A DNA stretch of 64,000 nt from Candidatus Pacearchaeota archaeon (lineage in GTDB: Archaea; Nanobdellota; Nanobdellia; Pacearchaeales; GW2011-AR1), in NCBI GenBank assembly GCA_964202455.1, contig CAXNIJ010000002.1:5667-69666 (forward strand), written 5' to 3'. Below the pieces are notes generated by a model. It did no database searches. It was not told the DNA's origin and saw nothing but the letters and a program-made list of their open reading frames with translations. Positions within the stretch are counted from its first letter, which is position 1. Each line of letters opens with the position of its first letter. The translations under genes were made by a program, and so were the position numbers. Shown piece after piece: positions 57,826-64,000 of this stretch.

Positions 57826-59582
57826 AAGGCAGATTAAGGATAGGTGCTTGTATAATGGTTCATAACATGGCTCCATTTATCAAAGCATGTGTAGAGTCCT
57901 TGCAATGGGTAGATGGAATATTTGTTTATGATGATCATTCTGATGATAAAAGCTTAGAAGTTGCAATTAAGCAGTCAAAAATACCTCTAAAATATGAAAT
58001 ATCTAAAAAATCAAGTGTAGCATTTAATATAGGTGAGATGAAGACTAGGAACTACATTATAAAAAGAGCTTTTGAGACATTAGATGTAGATGTTTTGATA
58101 ATTGCAGATGCTGATGAATTACTCTCTTCTGCACTAAAAAAAGAGATTATTAATTCATTTAAAGATCCTAAAGTAGATAGTGCAGTTTTTTCAACATGGC
58201 ACCTTTATGATGATCAAAGATATTTGCATTTCTGGGAAACAAAAATAGATAATATAGATTTTGTTGATCCCCATACACGAATAATAAGAAGAGGTAAGAC
58301 ATTTACATCATTATTTAAGAATGGCAGCCATCCAATTATTAAGACTAATGGTAAAACTAAGTACCTGCAAGGACCATATCATTTTCATTTAAAATATCAT
58401 AAGAAAAGTACCTTGCCGAACTATTCAATTAACTTTCTACCTAAAATAATAACTGAAAAAGAAGCTAAGCCATATATTAGAGTTATTCCATTTGATTTAC
58501 CTAAGAATGTCAAATCAGCACTAGAATTAGTTAAATGGGATTCTTTGCCAATCTATGAAGAAACGCCACATTATGAGGAAAAAAGAGTTAAATTATCAAA
58601 TCCAGATTTGGCATTGATACATCCAAAATATTACTTAGAGAATAAACTTGAACGAGGGAAGGATATATTATTGTTCTATGAAAAACAAAAATGGGACTAT
58701 GTGGAAAACTATTCAAGGAGAAGTGTCTCTGGATTCTATGCTTGGTATCTTCTCTTAGTTAAAGCTTTAAAAAATGAGGGTTATAGGGTTCATGAAAATG
58801 ATTATGAACTCGCATCGGCAAATCCCAATTATCCAATAGGTATAGTTGGGACTCCCCACATTATCTCAAATTGGAAGCTATCAAATCCAGCAATTATTGG
58901 TCCAAGCATGTATGACAATCCTGCACAAAACCCTCAATTAATGAAAGATAGAAGATTCAGATATTATATCCTAACTTGTGACTGGCTTAAAAAAGTCTTT
59001 GAAAAAACCTATAAGGGTAAATGTATTTTATGGCATGCCGGAATTTCAACTGATGAATGGAAAGATACTAAAAATGAGAAAAAAGAAATAGACATACTCA
59101 TATACAATAAAATAAGATGGGGTAAAGAAAGTATTCCTTCTTTGGTATTGGATCCTATAAAGAGATATTTGATTAGTAAGAGACTGAAATATTATGAATT
59201 AAAGTATGGCGATGTTACTCATGAAGAGTATCGAGAGCTATTAAAGAAAAGCAAAGCAATGATATTTCTCTGTGAGCATGAAACTCAGGGCATGGCCTAT
59301 CAGGAAGCACTAGCATCAAATGTCCCCCTAATTGCATGGGATCACGGTTGGTGGAGTGACCCAGTTTGGCAAGCATATTCAGAAAAGCCAATACCTGCAA
59401 CTTCAGTGCCGATGTTTTCCAATAAATGTGGGGAGAAATTTAAAATGGCATCAGAATTTCCAGCAGTCTTTGAGAAGTTCTGGAAAAATCTCAGTAATTA
59501 TAAACCCCGAGATTATGTTAAAAAAGAGTTATCTTTAAAAGAATCTGCAAAATTATACGTAAAACATTATTTTCAAATATAA
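57822..59582 (+). CDS. Two-domain glycosyltransferase (GT2-like fused to GT-B-like)
   Basis: YDDHSDD and ADADE in the N-half; HETQGMAYQEALASNVP in the C-half. Confidence 0.85.
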   Translation: MKGRLRIGACIMVHNMAPFIKACVESLQWVDGIFVYDDHSDDKSLEVAIKQSKIPLKYEISKKSSVAFNIGEMKTRNYIIKRAFETLDVDVLIIADADELLSSALKKEIINSFKDPKVDSAVFSTWHLYDDQRYLHFWETKIDNIDFVDPHTRIIRRGKTFTSLFKNGSHPIIKTNGKTKYLQGPYHFHLKYHKKSTLPNYSINFLPKIITEKEAKPYIRVIPFDLPKNVKSALELVKWDSLPIYEETPHYEEKRVKLSNPDLALIHPKYYLENKLERGKDILLFYEKQKWDYVENYSRRSVSGFYAWYLLLVKALKNEGYRVHENDYELASANPNYPIGIVGTPHIISNWKLSNPAIIGPSMYDNPAQNPQLMKDRRFRYYILTCDWLKKVFEKTYKGKCILWHAGISTDEWKDTKNEKKEIDILIYNKIRWGKESIPSLVLDPIKRYLISKRLKYYELKYGDVTHEEYRELLKKSKAMIFLCEHETQGMAYQEALASNVPLIAWDHGWWSDPVWQAYSEKPIPATSVPMFSNKCGEKFKMASEFPAVFEKFWKNLSNYKPRDYVKKELSLKESAKLYVKHYFQI

Positions 59583-59586
59583 TAAT

Positions 59587-60603
59587 ATGAAAGATTACAA
59601 AAACGCATGGTTCATAAACTTTAATGGAATAGGTAATGGGATAATTATTGCACCCCTCCTTAAATGCTTTGAAGAAAGCTTACCAAAATTAAAGTACTAT
59701 CATACTGAAAATAAGGTCTTATCTGACAAATGGTTTGTTAAGCGTGCAAAATTAACTAATCTTTTGGGATTTAGTCCTGCTAAATGGAGAAGATTTGAAA
59801 AGAAATATTGGAATGAAATAACAGATTTTATAAGAAAAAAAGAAATCAGTCTAATAATAAACCTTCGTAATGAAGGTCCTAAATATGATAGAGAATACTA
59901 TATCCTAAAAGAGGTGCTAAATAAGGAAAATGTAGTGTTTTGGGATTTAAACTTTAAAGTTATTGAAAAAAGAAAAAAGCAGCAGAATTTGACAAAGGAT
60001 ATTTTACTGATGTTGAGTAGAAATGGTATAAATATGAAATCTTACAATTCGGAATGGCTTTCAAGTAATAATAAGCGAAAAAACCTAGGATTGGGGATAA
60101 TTGCTAGTCAGAATAATAAGAAATGGCCTATGGAGAAATGGATTGAATTATCAAAAAGATTAGTTTCTGAAAGTAATGAAAAGATAATTTTGTTTGCTGG
60201 AACTTCAAAAGAGGATTTAAAAAAAGCAAGAGAAATTAGGAGAACAATCGATTTAGATAAGTGTGAGATTATATTCAAAAAACCTCTGTCCCACGTAGCA
60301 AAAGAACTGGGAAAACTAAGATGTTTTGTTAGCAACGATACTGGATTACTACACATGTCTAATGCTGCCGAAACACCCACTATCGGAATTTATATTTCTA
60401 CTGATCCAGAAGTATGGTCTCCTCACAATAAAACAAGATTCTCTTTTTGTACCAACAGTTTTATGAAAAAATGCCCTGCGCGTAAAAAACACTGCGGGAA
60501 TTGCCAGCACTATTATGACGCTTGTACGGCAGTAGTAAAGTACGGGGATAACATCTCGCCTGAACAAGTTTTTAATTCCATAGAAAAAATGCTTAGAAAA
60601 TAA
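59587..60603 (+). CDS. GT9 (heptosyltransferase-like) glycosyltransferase
   Basis: GIGNGI, KKWPMEKW, VSNDTGLLHMS, C-terminal Cys cluster. Confidence 0.88.
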   Translation: MKDYKNAWFINFNGIGNGIIIAPLLKCFEESLPKLKYYHTENKVLSDKWFVKRAKLTNLLGFSPAKWRRFEKKYWNEITDFIRKKEISLIINLRNEGPKYDREYYILKEVLNKENVVFWDLNFKVIEKRKKQQNLTKDILLMLSRNGINMKSYNSEWLSSNNKRKNLGLGIIASQNNKKWPMEKWIELSKRLVSESNEKIILFAGTSKEDLKKAREIRRTIDLDKCEIIFKKPLSHVAKELGKLRCFVSNDTGLLHMSNAAETPTIGIYISTDPEVWSPHNKTRFSFCTNSFMKKCPARKKHCGNCQHYYDACTAVVKYGDNISPEQVFNSIEKMLRK

Positions 60604-60681
60604 GATAGATTATATCTAAGTTTATCGTTTATCTTCTATTAGAACAACGCGTATAAAAGTTAGTCTCATTTTCCTCTGAGT

Positions 60682-60936
60682 TTACACCCCCAACTCCAAA
60701 TTAACCTTCACACCTTTAATATTTCTCCGAATAACACCATTGGGCAGAAGCCGTACAAGATTGAGTTTTTTGAGACGAGTGACATAGGTACTAATCGTAG
60801 CCACTGATTTGTTCAGTTCTTTTGCAATCTTTGTCGTGTTTCGCGTCCCATCGGCAAGAAGAAGAATCTCCAATGCGATGGTGCTTTTAAGCACTGCCCC
60901 GATATTGCGCACATCTTTTCTATCAGAAACACTCAA
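60682..60936 (-). pseudogene. ArsR-like winged-helix fragment
   Basis: LEILLL...TTKIAKELNKSVATISTYVTRLKKLNLV; the frame is open about 16 codons upstream with no ATG. Confidence 0.55.
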
Positions 60937-61078
60937 GATGGATTCTTCTATTTCTCCACTTTCTTCAATATATCTCTTTTTATGATCTTAAATATCAAAC
61001 AAATATTTTAACATCTCAAATTAATAAATAAAACTCTTCTCCATAGAAGGTTTTTAAATACAAAAAACAAGTAATTTT

Positions 61079-61993
61079 ATGGAAAATATACATGTCTTAC
61101 TCTTCTACAAATATGTCCCTATAAAAAAACCTGCTTTATTTAGTAAAAAACATCTAACCGATTGTAAGAAAATAGGATTATATGGAAGAATTCTAGTAGC
61201 AGAAGAAGGAATTAACGGTTCAGTTGCTGGAACAAAAGAACAGACCGAAGAGTACAAAAAAATCCTTAGTTCAAACTCATTATTCTCAGACATAATTTTC
61301 AAAGAAGATTTAGCAATAAGTATTCCTTTCAAAAAAATGATTATTAAAGTAAAAAAAGAAATTGTGAACTTTGGACAAGAAGTAGATCTTTCTTACACAG
61401 GAAAGAATCTCACACCTAAAGAGTTTTTAGAATTATATGAAAAAAGAGGCGAAGAAATAGGGAAAGATGTGATTATTCTTGATGCACGAAACGAATATGA
61501 ATCGCGTGTAGGTAAATTTAAAGGAGCAATTACTCCAGATATAAAAACTTTTAGAGAGTTTCCTAAAATTGTTAATGAGTTAAAAGATAAAAAAGATAAA
61601 AAAATTGTGATGTATTGTACTGGAGGCATTCGTTGTGAAAAGGCTTCTGCGTATTTGAGACAGCAAGGATTTGAAGATGTCTCACAACTCAGGGGAGGCA
61701 TTCTCACATTCGGCAAAAGTTTTCCCAATACTATTTGGGAAGGCAAATGCTTTGTCTTCGACAAGCGCCTTACATCTACAATGAACACCGAAGAAAAGCC
61801 ACTCACTTCTTGCGAAATATGTAAAATACCTTGTGATTTATACAAAAACTGCGCAGAAGTTAATTGCGATAAATTCTGCACGGTCTGCATTGAATGTGAA
61901 AAGAATTATGGTGGATGTTGCTCTGAGAAATGCTTTGAAGAATTTATGATAGAAAGAAATGAAAAAAGATTAAAGGTTGAAGTTACTTCTTAA
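61079..61993 (+). CDS. trhO: Rhodanese-domain tRNA U34 hydroxylase (UPF0176)
   Basis: LFYKY, GRILVAEEGINGS, LDARNEYE, YCTGGIRCEKAS, GKCFVFDKR. Confidence 0.9.
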   Translation: MENIHVLLFYKYVPIKKPALFSKKHLTDCKKIGLYGRILVAEEGINGSVAGTKEQTEEYKKILSSNSLFSDIIFKEDLAISIPFKKMIIKVKKEIVNFGQEVDLSYTGKNLTPKEFLELYEKRGEEIGKDVIILDARNEYESRVGKFKGAITPDIKTFREFPKIVNELKDKKDKKIVMYCTGGIRCEKASAYLRQQGFEDVSQLRGGILTFGKSFPNTIWEGKCFVFDKRLTSTMNTEEKPLTSCEICKIPCDLYKNCAEVNCDKFCTVCIECEKNYGGCCSEKCFEEFMIERNEKRLKVEVTS

Positions 61994-62008
61994 GAGAAGT
62001 TTAGGTTC

Positions 62009-62056
62009 ATCAAAAACTAAGTTTTTGAGTGCCGTCAAGAATTTTTGATTCTTAAG
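62009..62056. repeat. Tandem-hairpin repeat type B
   Basis: TCAAAAAC-TAA-GTTTTTGA-GTGCC-GTCAAGAAT..ATTCTTAA (reverse orientation of the 21838 copy). Confidence 0.7.
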
Positions 62057-62295
62057 GTTTGCAAACTTTTCTTAATTATATCGAGGAACTTGACATTAAA
62101 TAGTTTGGAGAAAGGTTTTTAAACACTTCATGATATTTGTTTTAAAGGTGGTCAGCCTCAGACTGTTTCTGAAGAAAGCTCTATGAATGAAATCATCCAT
62201 CATCAAGAAAGAAATATCGAGAAGATAAGTGGAGCTGAAATTATACGCACAAACTCTGGATTTCAAAAAAAGGACAATTCTTTCTTGCCAGCGAT

Positions 62296-62922
62296 GTGTA
62301 TGTGGGAGAGCATCATCAAGCAGGATTTTTGGTTGCAGATAATAAGCCTCACGAGAGACCCTACTGGATAGGTTCAGATATTATGAGGACAACGTCCCAT
62401 GAAGTTGATAAAGAGATTCGTAATAGATCTCTCAAAGAAGAAAACCGATATCGGCATGATACTGTTCAAGGAATGGCACTCTTGAGATATTTTGCGGTGC
62501 CCGAAGTCATTATGGAAATCTTCCATAAAGATAATTTTCTAGGAATACCTCTTCTCAAAAAAATATGCGAAGAGAATGTAGTTCCCGATGAATTTGAAGA
62601 ACTTGATGTGCGTGCACCCCATCGGAATCCTATCAGTGAATATTGCACAAGTCAATTATTTAATAACTCTGAACTTGAAGCAACTCTAAATGAAATTATT
62701 CTACCTTTAAAAGAAAGAACAGGAAGAGAATATCAATTTTTTCCATATGTGACATATTTTCCAACACCTCAGTATTTCTATCACATTGAAATTTTACGTT
62801 CAAGTGTACAGACAGTTGTGAAACGTTTTGATGAATTAGTTGAAATATTTAAATTAAAAAAGATCTACCCTCACATTGTAAAGAACCCAGCCCCTACACT
62901 TCCAGATGTTCATTCATCATGA
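62296..62922 (+). CDS. Hypothetical protein (may join 62183-62371 by frameshift)
   Basis: 208-aa ORF overlapped by a short upstream ORF in another frame. Confidence 0.45.
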   Translation: MYVGEHHQAGFLVADNKPHERPYWIGSDIMRTTSHEVDKEIRNRSLKEENRYRHDTVQGMALLRYFAVPEVIMEIFHKDNFLGIPLLKKICEENVVPDEFEELDVRAPHRNPISEYCTSQLFNNSELEATLNEIILPLKERTGREYQFFPYVTYFPTPQYFYHIEILRSSVQTVVKRFDELVEIFKLKKIYPHIVKNPAPTLPDVHSS

Positions 62923-63929
62923 TGATATGGAATTTTATGAGCCATAAAATTATTGTAATAATCTATATATCTTCTGCATCGAGTAATATTCTGTTCGGCT
63001 AATGTAGCATACTTTTCTTTATTAAATCCAAAATATGATTCATTGAAATAATCGGTAAGATAGCGCGCGGCAAGTTCAAGAGTAATGAGCCCCATGGCGT
63101 TTTTTATTCCAGATATGCAATACTGAAAGGGTGCGGTAGAACTGTATCCTTTAACTGCCTCTTCAAAAATCTCAGGCATAAATTCCGATGTAGCTGGCTT
63201 TCTCCTACACCAACTTCGTAAAGCATCTCCAATATCTATAAGGGGTGAAGCTTCCATCATGGTATCTAAATCTAGCAATGCAGTTGCAGAATTATTTTTA
63301 AAGAGAAAGTTAAGAAGCTTTGGATCTCCATGAATTACTATCTTCTCATGATTTCTTGGCAGATAATATTGAGGTAATTTTTTTGATAATAAATCCACTT
63401 CTTTTCCAACTAATAATAGTTTATCTCCATATTCTAGTCTTACAGCAGTTTTCACAAGGTCATCCAATATTTTTGGAGTATTATGATATCCTGCAAGTGT
63501 AAAAGAAGGTTTAAAAGAAGATTTTGCCATAAGACTATGAAACTTTCCAAGCATTGCTCCCGCTTCATATGCAATTTCGGGAGAGGGAGTTATAACTTCA
63601 TCATGTTGGATATATTCAAAAGTTCTCCATAATCCATCGCTTTCTTTTAAAAAGGAGTTTCCTGTAGAGCTATGTAATAAAACTGGAACAAAAACTCCAT
63701 TGGTACGCAGATATCTTTGTACTTCACAATAATCTCCAATAACTTTTTCATTCCATAAAGAAGAAAGCCTTTGAAAAACAAATATTCCTTTTTCAGTTTC
63801 AACTTTATAAGAATCATTAATTAGCCCATTCTCTATTTTCTCATATCTAATAAAATTCCCAATATCAAATTTGTCAACTAGATAAGATAAACGTTGAGAG
63901 ATTTTTATTTCCATGTATTGAATAGACAT
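62910..63929 (-). CDS. APH/choline-kinase-family phosphotransferase (N-acetylhexosamine kinase-like)
   Basis: GLINDSY, IHGDPKLLNFLF, LLDLDT, DIGDALRS, ELAARYLTDY. Confidence 0.85.
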   Translation of the reverse strand: MSIQYMEIKISQRLSYLVDKFDIGNFIRYEKIENGLINDSYKVETEKGIFVFQRLSSLWNEKVIGDYCEVQRYLRTNGVFVPVLLHSSTGNSFLKESDGLWRTFEYIQHDEVITPSPEIAYEAGAMLGKFHSLMAKSSFKPSFTLAGYHNTPKILDDLVKTAVRLEYGDKLLLVGKEVDLLSKKLPQYYLPRNHEKIVIHGDPKLLNFLFKNNSATALLDLDTMMEASPLIDIGDALRSWCRRKPATSEFMPEIFEEAVKGYSSTAPFQYCISGIKNAMGLITLELAARYLTDYFNESYFGFNKEKYATLAEQNITRCRRYIDYYNNFMAHKIPYHHDE

Positions 63930-64000
63930 TTTATGCTATATAAGTATTTTTAATAATATTATAATACTATTATAGAAATATTTATAAATGGATCTTTTTT

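Larger units (their letters stand above)
51428..60990. mobile_element. Decaying genomic island downstream of tRNA-Glu
   Basis: Integrase fragment next to the tRNA, several truncated genes, a DGR remnant and a glycosylation cluster. The right boundary is approximate and no att repeat was found. Confidence 0.6.

Noticed and set aside
63935-64000. Replication origin
   Set aside because: AT-rich but short and at the window edge; no ORB repeats or cdc6 visible.

Overview
AT-rich archaeal chromosome segment. The fused RpoA'/A'', undivided RpoB, absence of L30e from the rpo-nusA-S12-S7 cluster and mostly leaderless BRE/TATA genes point to a DPANN archaeon, most likely Pacearchaeota-like (inference). 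The core genes are rpoE'-spt4-S24e-S27ae, scpA, hisS, rpoH-B-A-nusA-S12-S7, xerA, TFS, a bacterial-type tgt, msrA/msrB and trhO, plus large secreted surface proteins. Four tRNAs (Leu-UAA with intron, Ser-CGA, Pro-GGG, Glu-UUC) each anchor accessory DNA. That accessory DNA comprises two TrmB-regulated metabolic cassettes (one pairing two 2OG-Fe(II) oxygenase-like genes with folE-folP), a toxin-antitoxin pair, two complementary halves of a tyrosine integrase about 19.5 kb apart in inversion geometry, and a decaying island. The island holds a diversity-generating retroelement (DGR) remnant (variable region with a GGA-loop hairpin; RT with a hairpin-enclosed G12 tract and a C-terminal HTH_40-like domain; no template repeat or avd seen) next to a glycosyltransferase cluster. 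The most unexplained signal is a ~290-nt promoter-associated non-coding element at 8402-8693 with paired ends and a duplicated, covarying structural domain. Other unexplained signals are a second structured element at 35733-35813, dispersed tandem-hairpin repeats, and several single-gene cassettes bracketed by short direct repeats. All calls are by eye from motifs; no database searches were run.
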